NCBI GenBank assembly: GCA_900088475.1
Contig: FLMG01004277.1
Location: 49,141-113,140, forward strand
DNA length: 64,000 nt
Direction of reading: 5' to 3'
Origin: Hyphochytrium catenoides
Taxonomy: Eukaryota > Protista > Hyphochytriomycota
Program-made: the position numbers and the translations under genes
Shown: in pieces, positions 11,426 to 22,986 of the stretch
Numbering within the stretch: the first letter of the stretch is position 1
How the letters are laid out: each line of letters starts with the position of its first letter
Notes under the pieces: generated by a model
Told to the model about the DNA's origin: nothing
The model's database searches: none
The model's input: the letters and a program-made list of their open reading frames with translations, nothing else

Positions 11426-14400
11426 TTACATCTTGGCCTTACAGCTGCTGCAATACCAGTCATCTTCAGGGACTTTTTTCAAACCCACACAGTTCTAGAG
11501 TGGGACCGGCAAAAATAGAGAGAGGAAACCCAGAGCAGTGAAGAGGCAAACGTTAGAAGGGATGTAGCTCCGCGACAAGAGAGTAGACGACTACGCAGTC
11601 AAGCAGAAGATGTAGAGGCTGATTGACTATCTAGTCGATGGTGGCCAAGGAAGGGAGTAAGACCATGCTATACGGAGAACGGAACGATAGAAGCTTAGAG
11701 TAGCATTAGGTGCCATATAACGTGAAGAGAGCGCCAACAAAAGCTGGAGAGAGTTCTCTTTCGTACCAAATGGAAGACGCGGTCGCAGCCTTTGCTACCA
11801 TCCTCAGAGCCACAAATGACATGCGAATCCAATCGAAGCTTCCCTTTCTTGCAGGCGCCACATGTCTGGGACTCACATTCCGTGCAGAACCATTCCGCTT
11901 GCGGCGTTTTCTAGCATAAATTTGGAGCAACTGTGAGCTAGACGCCGCAAAACATGCAAGCAAAACGGTAGATAGCGTTCCACCAGACACCCAGATGGGC
12001 TGAGTTCTAATAGACAGTATGTCCTTGGAAGGACACATCCGCGAAAGGCAGAGGATGAAGCCGTGACCATCCGAAACATTTACCTTGAGTCCAAGGCACT
12101 GCAAATGGAACGAATGCGGACAGCCATCACAGCAGAGAAGCTTGCCCTCCTTCTTGCATATGAAACACTCTGTATCCCAGCCATCCGGGGACTCTTCCGC
12201 TTTCTCCTCCTCCTTCTTCTTTGATTTGTCCTTCTTCCCCGACGAGGAGTCCTTTCGGGGATTTGGGGGAGGAGTCTTTGTTGTGACTGAGCCACGAGAA
12301 GATCTTCGTCCTCCTTCTGTGTCTCTAGGCTGCTTGCCCTTGCAGCTTGGGCAGAAGGTCTTCCCCCGAGGAGTCCGAGTAAGACCCACGCAGGCGAGAT
12401 GAAAGACCTTTGTGCACCCATCGCTGAACATTTTTCACGGTACCCACGGCAGAGCGGAGTCAGTGCACTTTCGACAACAAGGACCATGAGGGGCACTCAT
12501 GAGACTGCGTAAGTCCGAAGAGGTGGCAAGAGAAAAGTAGGTGACGTCACAGATGAAGGCTCAGGCCGACCAAGGAGATTGCCAGGGGTAGGGGAGCTGA
12601 ATCTACTTTAGAGGCCAGAACTAGTGTGCGAAATCATACCAGCATATGAGGTCACCGCCTTCTTTGCAGACGCAGCAGTTCTCTTCCCAGGTGTCTTCAT
12701 CTTCTCCGGACTCTTCATCCTGTACTACTTCTTCTTCCTCCTCTTCCTCTTCTATAACCAACTCCTTTGCCTTCGCCTTCGCAGACCTAGAGGGACGTTC
12801 TGGAGCTAGCCAAACAGATAGTTGATAAGTGGTTGGCCAAGAAATAAAATATAACATGATCCACAATCACAGAAGTACATAAGGCTAGGGGACAGGCGAT
12901 TCTCGCTGATGCGACTGTCCCGCTTAGCTACTTACTTTTTTCCTGAACTGCAGGAGGAGAGCTATGTTTGTCCATTGCCAGCACTAGGCGAAGTAATGTG
13001 CGGGCGGCACTTCCGATGGCGGCAAGGGTCATTGCCTCTTTTACGGACTAGTGGGCGGTGGGGTTAGACGAAGGATGTAGGTTCAATAGAATGTGCGGCC
13101 ACGAGATAGATGAAAAGAGTAGTAGAGATCTCACTGACTGCGACATCGCGTCACCACTCGCCTAGGTCCCAAGTCTTACATTAATCCAAAGATTGCGCTT
13201 GCTCTTTGTGGTCCAGATGGATATGGGTTGGAGGTTTTCGTCCTCATCGTCTTCCTCTTCTTCTTCTTCCTCTTCATCTTCGTCAGTCTTCCCTTCTCCT
13301 CTGTTCCCTTCTTTCTTCACCGAGTTGGTCACCTGCCGTCGCGAAGATGTAAATGAACTTGTGTGAGAAAGATGGACTCTTGAGGACTAATCACCTCCGC
13401 CTTCCTACCTTATCGTCGCTTTTTTCCGAGCCCTGCGGGCTCTCATCAGACGACTCCCCTTGGCCTGGATGAAAGGCTCCAGTAATGGCAGCCTCGATGT
13501 CTAGTAAGACCTGCCTTAGGTGCTCCTCATTCCCATCGCTCGAAAGGAGAGCCAACTGTGAAGACACAAATACGGCCAAAGTCAGGGAAGTCAGTTCCGC
13601 TTTACTTCATAGTCCTTTATAAAAACAAGGGTATGAAAGCCACTTGGCAACGTATTTTAACAGAGCCATCAGACACAAAGGAAAGTCTCATTCTTTCGAA
13701 GCAGCCTCCCGCTCTGCCATGGCGATGAGGAGTAGTACTTTCTACGCACCGCTGTGGCCCGACGAGGATGATCTTTATAATCACTGCCATACTTGGTCAT
13801 AATGTTAAGGACATCGCCCTCTGTCTTCTCTAGCGCCGCCTTCACCTCCTTCACATCAAACTCAATCTTCGTGTCGCGCTTGACGACTCGACCTTTGAAC
13901 TTGTTTGTGTATGATAGAAAAGTGTCCTATAACACGATTAAATTTTCAGAGGAAAACTAGGCGCTCGTGTAAAGGTAAGAAAAGCAAAAGGGAAAGCTCA
14001 CCGGATCTGTAGAGTCAACATGAGGAGACAGAATTAGCTGATCATCCTCCGGTTTTGACTGCGCTTCGTTCACTTCCGTCTTCTGTCTTTTGGGCATCTA
14101 GTATGCCCAAGGTAGGGATTCATCTCAGACAGAGTTGATGTTTCGATATTGTATCCTTTTACCTTTTGCAAGTTTGGCAGGGTATCTTCCAAAGCTCTCT
14201 TTAGATGGCGCTCCCGTATTCCCCTCTCGTCTAAAGCACGAATAAGCTCTTCTACGTCCTCCTAGAGCATACGACATCAGTCAGAGTCCGCCGAGAAAGC
14301 AAGGAGTCATTTTGTTATAGGCCCCTCAACTTCGATCAGAGATACATCCCATGCTGTACTTCTCTTCTCCATGCCTGTCACTCCTTACTTTATGGCAGAA

Positions 14401-17400
14401 GCAAGACCACTTGGACTGTAGCGTCTCCGGATCATTGTGCTTGAGGTTGTCTGCTGCATCCTTAGCAAAGTGCTCGGGCTCTTTCTTTACAGACGTGGGA
14501 TGAAGCGCATCTCCTTTCTGATTCGATTTAGGCGTCCCTTCCGGGATAATCTCTTCCACATAAAGCCTTGTCGGGTCAGCAGAGAAGAGCCATACATGCA
14601 TGTCATCTTTATCGCTGCCCAGCATTTGCGTCCGTATAAAGTGGATGGACATCTCCCTTTCGAACGCCTATGACAAAAGACCATTAAGGCCTATTCCGCT
14701 GCGATAGCCAACGTCATAGAAAATGAATGAGTTACCTCTTCCCTCTTTCTCTTCTTCTCCTCTTCTTCAACTTCCTTCTCGAGTCTGGGAAGTGCATCTA
14801 TGGCCTCCTGCAGCTCCTTTGCTCGGCCCACTTTGGAACCCCTAGTTGGGCCATCAAGACCAAGTTCCTTGGCTTTCTCTATGGTGATCTAGAGAGAATG
14901 TCCATGTTAATCATTGCTACTAAGGCAGAAAGACAGACATGATCATCTCGTAATTCTATCATACAGTCCAACCCACCTTCAAAGCCGGCAGGTCTTTGTC
15001 TTCCATCGCCTGCTTCAGCTCTGCTATCACATTCTCTTTTCGCCTTTCCATCGCTTGCTTAAGCTGCTCAAACAATTGTTCACCAGTTAAATGATAGAAG
15101 CAAATGACCCATAAAGGCTTCGACCGCGGCTAACCTTCTTGATCTTCTCCGCCTCAAGCCGTTTTTGCCTCTTGGCCTCTCTTCTCTCTTCCTTCAGTTG
15201 CTTTAGTCGTTGCTTTTCCTGTCTGCGTTTTAAAAGCTCTTGCCTAAAGAAAGGAAGGTGGCAGGAAAGAGGAGTTGTTGCAACCTCAAGAAGCAGAGTC
15301 GCAGAAAGCTGAGACGTCATTTGACTGCAAGTATACCTTGTCAGGCTAGATTCATCTTCTGGCCCTTCCTCCTCACTTTCTGTCTCTGTCTCTGTCATTT
15401 CGTCACTCTCAGATGATGGCTCTTCTATGTTGCCGTTTTCGGCTGGCCCAAGAGAAGCCAAGACGCGTTAGAAAGTGGGCTTAGTTTAAGAGCTGGCTCA
15501 TCGAACCCACTTACCTTCCACATTCTCTGTCGGCTCTTTGGCCTTTTCCTGTGAAGCTTTCATCTTCTCCTTCTCCTTTTCTACCTTCCTCTGCTCTTTC
15601 AGCTTGCGATCCTCTTCCAACCTCTGCTTTTTCTCTTCCTGTTCAAGCTTTGCACGTTCTTTCATCTTAGAGATACGAATGTCCATATTTGTGGCCAGTA
15701 ATCTACGGACTTGTTCCTGAAGATTAACAAAGTCTTCATGAGGAATGAACACGATGGGCTCCGCGACAAGTGATTTCACGTTGTGCCAGGTCTACTGATC
15801 AGATTCGCAAAACGCAACGCTAAAGCTAGACAGAATGGCAAACTAGGTTACAAGTGTCCTCACCGTTTCATAAGCTGCGGAGCAGAGAAATCGCAGAAGA
15901 GCTACTTTGCTGACAACACTAATTTCTGGATACTCCTTCGCCCTTAACTCCTCTACGGCAGTTTTCACTTCTACCTTTGAATCCCGGAGGTACCTAAATC
16001 GACGGCAATGCAAGCATTAACTGAAGCTCTCTTAAACGTTGAGCGGAAAGAGACTATCCTTGACAGAGAAGCGTCTGACCCGAACCACGAATAACCACAG
16101 GATGGACACAAGGTCGGCACATACCGTGGCACTGAATAGATGAGGCCGAAAAGAACATGAGGCCAAGTAAGTGGCGTAAGGTCCTCCAGGGCGGGAAGCC
16201 CGTGCGTGAGAGGAGAAGCCCTCCAGGCATATCTTTCTCGATCGTCGGCGTCCATTCCACCCTCCTCTTCGTCACTAAATGGATCCTCCTCTCTATCGCT
16301 CAGCTGCAAGCAGTGATGTGTAGTCGAAACATCAGAGTCCAAAGGTCAGAAGTAGTAGAGTGAGCCATAGCACGGGACACATGCTAGTGGGTGCCAGCTC
16401 TACCTGTAACTGCAGCAACTTCATATGCAACTCCGTGACTAATACCGAGTGCTGGCGACTGTTAAGAGCTTTCACGAGGTCTCCCAGCGAAAAGGGGGTC
16501 AATTCGAGAGTCTTCGAGAATGTGTGGACAAAATCCCAGACCTATAGATCAAAGTGTAAGGGTGGCGTGGCAAGGAGCAAGAAGGGTAACTAAAACAATT
16601 GCAGAACTTGTGGCAACCTCTTCGAAGGCAAGAGACCTTACCATCAGAACGTCCCCAACGATACCGCCCGGCATATTTCCCACGAAGAGTGACTGAGGCC
16701 TGAATTGTTCACCCGGGATCAAATGTCAGACGGAACCCAAGCAGAGAAGTGAGGGTGCCTACCTTGGTCGCGCTCCTAAGGGCGTCTGGGGTTCAGGTTC
16801 TTCGGTTAGAAGCGAATCTTCAATAGGGTACTTTTTCCTCATGAACGCCTCTTCCTGCAAAACCAATCTAAGGTCTCTGCCCGATCATTCGAGCCTATTC
16901 GACGTCCTTATGTTACCTTTCTCTTCAGCTCTCTTTCCTCCTTCTCGAGGGCCTCAAGGTTCTCCCTGATCTTGGCAACGTGGTCCTTCATCTTCGCTAG
17001 AACTCGGCGTTCTGCCTCCTTTCTAGGGAGTTAGGATTTAGACGAAAGCTGACATTAAAAAGGATGCTGCCAGCGGTCTCCAAAGCCATGATAACAGACC
17101 GAATGACGACTGCTTCTTTTTCCTTCATTTGCTCTTCTTTCTTGAGCCTGGCAAGCTCCTTCTCTTCTAGTCTCTTTCTTCGCTGTGCCTCTTTCTCTTC
17201 CTGTGTAACAGCGTCAATCCTGTTTCTGTCGGCCTATCAGCGACTAAATAGGCATACATTTCTTTTTCTAAGAAGCTCATCTTTCTCTTTGAGCTTCTTT
17301 TCCCTCTCCAAGCGCTTAGCATTCAGGACATCCTCTCTGGCCTTTCGTTTGGCTTCCGCTTCTGCATTTCGTTTGTTTCGTCGTTCCAGAATAACACTAT

Positions 17401-18484
17401 GTTCGACATTGAACCATGAGCTGAAATTCAGAGTACCTAAGTGTCCAAAGTAATAAGCTCATTGACTTACACGCAGTGAGGGCAGTACCAGTCGTCTTCG
17501 GGTAGATCCTCAGCAGTAATGCCCAGGCTGTGAGACGCGTTAGCTATGGTTCCATGCAGGCCATCAAGAACATACGGGAAACAACAAAACAGAGCCCCGG
17601 ATACAGAGAAGCATTAGAAAGGCCAGAACCCCTTACCATGAAAGATGGTAAGCGCGTGGACATCGGTCGCAGCAAACCAGTTCGCCAATGTCCTAAACAA
17701 ATAGAGAGCCTCATTAGTGCAGAGCATGATGACCCATCAGCGGTATGTTAACTGTTTATATGCCAGCATCCCCGAAACGAGTTCGTGGCACTGCGGAAGC
17801 GATAGTTGTGTGAGCCTGACCTTGCACTTGTTGCACCACCAACGATTATGATCAGAATTATCAGGTCTCGGCGCCCCCTCGGGAGGTGCATCCTCATCGC
17901 TAGATACAAGAGAGTCGTCATCCCTGTCCAGCGCTATGCCATTGGGGCTCATGGAAGGTCTCGAGCTGGCTCTGCTGCTGCTGGATTTTCTAGATTTGGA
18001 CTTAGATTTGGTTGTGGAGCTGGTCTTCCTCTTCTTCTTCTTTGATGAGGACTTTTTGGTGCTACTCTTTCTCTTAGCTTTTTTTGGTTTGGGCGTTCTG
18101 GGTGCCAATTCCTCTTCTTCTGCGCTCTCTGGCTGTTCTTCCTCTTCAAACTCATTCTTGCCACTCATACCATCACGGTGATCTACATGAGCGTACCGTC
18201 AAAGTACCGTCCCAGGGTTCTTAGAAGTGTAGGATATGCAGGAGGGCTTACCGTGAGCTTGGTGATCATTCGATTCGGATGCCGTGGCATCGTTATCTTC
18301 AGGAGAGCTACCAACCAAGGAGAAAGAAAAGAAAGATCTCAGAAGAGGTCCAATGGCATGATGACTAGCGACCAAGGGAAGACGAATACTGTTACGCCTT
18401 AATAGAGGCAGCATCTCACCTGCGATTATCCTCTGGCTCCTCATCCGATGGTATGGGTGGGTTTAGAGCTTTCCTGAGGTCCAT
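11426..18484 (-). CDS. BAZ/ACF1-like chromatin protein: PHD + coiled coil + DDT + WHIM motifs + three C-terminal PHD fingers (multi-exon)
   Basis: Start MDLRKALNPP (ATG 18484). PHD1 is WWCNKCK/DIGELVCCDRCPRAYHL..DDWYCPHC. DDT is VGDVLM/VWDFVHTFSKTLELTPFSLGDLVKAL. WHIM-like motifs are EYPEISVVSKVALLRFLC and LGSDKD..W..ALDERGIRERHL. The C-terminal PHDs are [48 protein letters not shown] and CGACKK..CDRVFHL/NCVGLKKVPEDDWYCSSCKAKM*, with TAA at 11426-11428. Confidence 0.85.
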
Positions 18485-19400
18485 TCTAGAATAGTGTGAA
18501 GGCGTGTACCGCTCCGACCTCCGTCACCCTACAATTGTAGAGCCTTTGGTTATCCGCCTTGAAGGGAGAGCTGACTAATAAAGGTATACCAGCCCCGCCG
18601 CCGAGAGTGGATCTGCAATGGAACTCTCCGTTCAAAAGGATGGCCACAGACCGGCCTGCTTACTCCTCATGGGCTAGATAAGTCTATGCAGAGGAGTTGG
18701 AATAATCTGGTCAGCCATAGTAGAAGGTCTGCTAAAAAATACGAGGCTGGAGAGTGAGGTAGAAGGAGTTCATTCGCCACAATGCAGGAGCAAAGTATCA
18801 AGGATGCACAGCGACAGAGCAATGGGGGCGAGGAAACCGACGTCCACTTTCCCCCTTGGGAGTGGGTAAATCTATGAAGTCATTGCGAACTATTGCTTCC
18901 GGAACAGGAAACGACATATCTTTAGAACACTATGGGCTTCTCACCAAAAGTTCGGTCGTGGTGATTTTAGATCTCGCCAATCGTTCGTTCTTCAAAACAG
19001 AACTGCCACCTTCTTCGTCGAGTTGAAGTCTCCTCTATGCCTAGGCAACTGCATAGATGTACAATATCTGTCAGCTTCAATACTGACGAAAGCTCCAGCC
19101 GAACATGTGAAGCCTTGTCTCTCCCCAATGTTCTAATCTTGAAAACCAAGGGCGGGGCTCTGCGCCGACGAAGGCGTCTGCTAACTGCTAACCTGCCGCT
19201 GCCGCGCGCCGATGATGCAAGGCCTTTATTGTAGGGAAGACAGGGCGGAAGGAGGGGAGGGGAGGGAAAGGGAGAAAAGGAGGGAAGGGAAGAGGAAGGT
19301 GGAGATTGAAAACAAATCCTCAAAAGGAATTTAGGATCCCCATTTCCGTGGGAATCCTTGATTCTGCAGCTGGGGGAGTTTGAACATAGGGCAAAGACAA

Positions 19401-19490
19401 TTGTTGTACCGCCGTACCGCCTGTACGGTACGTGTACAACGATAAGAGCGTACGCCGTACAATCTGTACGGTGGGGCCGTTGTACGTTAG
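19401..19490. repeat. Cluster of nine GTAC tetramers with short direct and inverted repeats
   Basis: ttgttGTACcgccGTACcgcctGTACgGTACgtGTACaacgataagagcGTACgccGTACaatctGTACggtggggccgttGTACgttag; gtacaacg and cgttgtac are reverse complements. Function unknown. Confidence 0.7.
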
Positions 19491-20764
19491 CAGTCCAATG
19501 ATCTTCAGCTTTCGCTGTAGAAAGAGTTTATTGCGTTTTTATCCGAGGCCATACTACGAAGCTCAAAATCGCCTTGCTGCCAAGCTTCATCAGCCATCAT
19601 CATAGGTGACAGAGCCTCATCGAAAGGAGCCCGATATCTCTCGCGCGCGGTCTTTGCCAAGCTTCATCCTAATGAAGAGGAAGTTGAATAAAATGGATTT
19701 AGCGGATTTTTTATTGGGCTTCCTGGGTATGTACCACAAAGGGACTCAGTTGCTTCCAGCTAAGCTTCGAAGTAGACGAGAAAGCCCATCAAAGGGTTTA
19801 TAGCAGGATCGTTTCCTGTCACCCTTGTTATAGATTAGAGAGATCGCTCGCCCACTGCTGGCCAAAGAACGGAGCTCGCAGTTCAGTGTCCAAGCTGATC
19901 AAGCGATGTCTGGCAGCCTCGTAAAAGCGAAACCTCATGGAGAGATGTAAAGCGAGCACCCTCCGTTGATGGTGCTTCATAGCTAACAATAAGACATCCA
20001 TGACAGAGCGAGATCTTTCTTGCCTGGGTACACAAGCCTCAATCATACCTCTGTTTCTGAACTCTCAACTCTTGCTCGTAATCAGGCAAAGCTTTATTCA
20101 CGAAATCTCCTTCGCAGTAGAAAGAAGCGTCTACGAGGCCCAGTGGCCGAGCAGCATCTACTGCCTCATCTTCCATGACGACTCTCCCTTTCCTTTGCAG
20201 ATCGACCTCCCTGAAAACTCAGACTCTTTCCACAAATACATGGTGGTCAGACCGACGCAGAGTTACCTCTGCAGCTAATTTAGGGTGCGTCCTCGGTTGG
20301 CCCATTTCCACCTTACCCGAAACTGGGCTTCCCCACCAAATGAGCAGTCCAGAGAGACGGACATGCACCAAGGGCATAACTGATGGTCCTGGTCTAGGAG
20401 TCTGGCGCTTTGCCTGCCCGCGAAGCCGGGAAGATGTATTATAAAAGCTGCACCTTGACCGGCTGTAATGCTTCGCACATCAGTTAGAAATGAGGCAGTA
20501 GAGTTGCGCCTGTTATCCGTAGCCCACTGCGTACTGAGTAAACTTCTGCGGCCTTTCCAACCAACAAACGAGGATGTTGTGCCTGGACCTACCCAGGTGG
20601 AGGTATAAATTGGCTACCAGGAGCAACGGCCCACCATACATAGAAAGCTCAAGGGCGTCTTGAGCTGCCAAGAGTTCTTGGCCTCAATCTTCGCTCGGTC
20701 AGGGTTAATGGGCATCCTTATCTGCTTCATCAGAACAACCTCCTTTTCCGGCACTTCATTCTTT

Positions 20765-21791
20765 CTATCTATTTGCAAAGGCGGGCCGGTAATCCCATCC
20801 GTGTCGCGTAGCATGTTCCTGAATAGCTCTGTGCTGATCTTTGGAAACAATCCGCTCTATAATCTCGCCACTGTGCGGCCAGGGAAAGAAGATAATGTTT
20901 CTTTAAGCTCCGTCGTTGTCTGTTCATCAATCTACCGTTCTTACCTTCCCCTAACTAAGCGCATCCGTCCTGATCAATCAGATAGACGATTAGCTTAGCT
21001 TTTGCAGGCGTTCGACAAACCTACACCTAATCCAGACAGCCCTTCTTCTGACCAGTGGCACCTTCTCTTGCCTTCAGAGACTTACCAGTGACAGGATCAT
21101 ATTCCTCGCGAACCTTGGACTGCTCCCGTTCATATTCCTAAGAGAAAGAGAAGAGTCAGCATTGGAAGGTCGCATACCAAGCAAGGACTGCGCTTGCCTC
21201 TTTTGTCATCGGCACGAAGCTTCTCCTTGCAGGCTGGACCTCTCCCTTAGGCTTGTCCTCAGTAAGAGGCTATATAAACGTTTAAATGGTTTAGAGAGAA
21301 AGTTAACCCAGATGGCTACGACGCAGAGTTACCTCCTTCTCTTCAACGTCTATCTGATGTACCGGGTCCAATCTCCTTGACGGGGCCGTCGGGATCAATG
21401 TGTCGTCGGGTAGATTTGGTCGTGTACCTTGTTCTTCGTGCTTTCTACTCTTTTCCTTCTCCAGATGCTTCTTCTCCTTCTTCTTCTTCTTCTTTTTCTT
21501 GTTGGTTCCTTTCTCTTTCTTTCTCTTTTTGCTTTTCTTTCGTCCTCGAGTCGCTTCAGAATGCGAACTGTAAAGTTTGCACCTTGTTAGTTCGACTTTA
21601 GAGTTAGACGGGAACAGACAAATCTCTCCCTACCTAGAGCGTGAGGAATGTCCTCTCTTTCTCCCACTTCTTCTTGAAGAATCCGTCGAGGTTGAAGATG
21701 ATGAATGAGACGGAGAGGCCGATCTGGATCTGGATCGCGAGGGGCTGCTAGAGGTCGACCTGGAGCGCTTTCGATAGCCTCTTGGAGACAT
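20765..21791 (-). CDS. ARL6IP4: ARL6IP4-like (SR-25 family) Ser/Arg-rich nuclear protein, 6 exons
   Basis: Splicing gives MSPRGYRKRSRSTSSSPSRSRSRSASPS..., a poly-Lys stretch, then RRSFVPMTKE|EYEREQSKVREEYDPVTG|RMRLVRGS|GEIIERIVSKDQHRAIQEHATRHG..ANR*. This matches the remembered ARL6IP4 signature [34 protein letters not shown]. It does not appear as such in the ORF track. Confidence 0.88.
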
Positions 21792-21919
21792 CGAAGAAAA
21801 AGATTTACCTTATTAACAGGTGGATGGCCACGCACCTAAGCTTATTAGGTAGGCAGACAAGAGCTGCAAGTCACTCTTGGTGTCCATCAGGACGACGGAG
21901 AAACAAGGACCAATCTAAG

Positions 21920-22076
21920 GTGAGAGAGAGAGAGAATAGGGAGGGGAGAAAGGGACAAAATGAGGGAGAGAAAGAGCGAGAAGGGGAGAAAGAGAAAGAG
22001 AGAGAGACAGACAGACAGGCAGACAGACAGGACAGAGACACAGAGAGACAGAGAAAGAGAGAAAGGAAGAGAGTGA

Positions 22077-22119
<43 letters not shown>

Positions 22120-22550
22120 GAAGAGAGAAATGGAAAGGGAAGAGGAAGCCAAGTGCCGAGGAAAGAAGAGGTTTCTGATGCGGGGGCAGCGTTTATGGAT
22201 CACTTTGTTCGGCTGCGCTGCCACACTCTACAAGACGCTTTCCCCTTAGGTGAGATCCCTTCGAGCAATCAATCTAGTTAGATAAAACACTGTATTTGGG
22301 GGTGTCTCCCTCAAGTAGGTGTTTGGGGGGTGGCTTCTTGTAACGCCGAAACGACATATGGAGATGCTCGTCGTTAGATTCCTCTGCTCTCTCTCTCTCC
22401 CTACTGTTTGTCACTGCTCTATCATGCCCACTTCTGTCTCTCTCTCTCTCTCNNNNNNNNNNNNNNNNNNNNNNNNNNNNNNNNNNNNNNNNNNNNNNNN
22501 NNNNCTCTCTCACTCTCTCTCTCTCTTCTGCTTCCTGTCTCCCTCTCTCC
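21920..22550. repeat. (GA)n then (CT)n microsatellite tracts in the divergent intergenic region between ARL6IP4 and the IP3R, including an assembly gap (N 22453-22504)
   Basis: Directly visible: GA-rich 21920-22140 and CT-rich 22380-22550 flanking the N run. Confidence 0.9.
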
Positions 22551-22986
22551 CACTTTCTGGCTCTCTGGCCCTACTTCTGCGGCTTTACAGTTTCTGGCGT
22601 GACGAGGGAATGCTAGCTGCGATGGGTGCTTTGCCTGGAATGTTTCTTCTTGCCGTACTTGCTCAGCCCTTGCCTATATTATCGCTCTTTCGAGCATCCG
22701 CTAGTGATCTATCACGCCACATTCTACGATCACCGATCGACATCACACTTTCGTGGGATCAGTATGCATGAACTTCTTTAGGTCCAGGCTGTCTGTTCGG
22801 CACCTTGCTGCACCAAATACGTCTTGTCTACGCCCTCGCACCTTAAGCTGCCTCTTCGTCCAATATCTGAAAAGTGATGAAGAGTCTGCACGAATTACCT
22901 CTGTAGTCTGAGGTCCGGAAGAGAGTCTGAGTCGGCCAGAGAAGAAACACAGGGTTAGCTCCCACAGCCTCACCTGCTCCTCGCCC

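Noticed and set aside
19401-19490. CRISPR-like array
   Set aside because: No constant repeat with unique spacers and no cas genes; the context is eukaryotic.
19500-20850. Degenerate hAT transposase suggested by fragments such as TDNRRN and RMKLGKDRAR
   Set aside because: The matches are too short, no partner TIR or TSD was found, and part of ORF 20614-20850 is an alternative frame of the last ARL6IP4 exon.
21782-22771. ORFs rich in ER/SL dipeptides (also 44934-45721, 45803-46822, 53794-54419)
   Set aside because: These are translations of GA/CT microsatellites and N gaps, not proteins.
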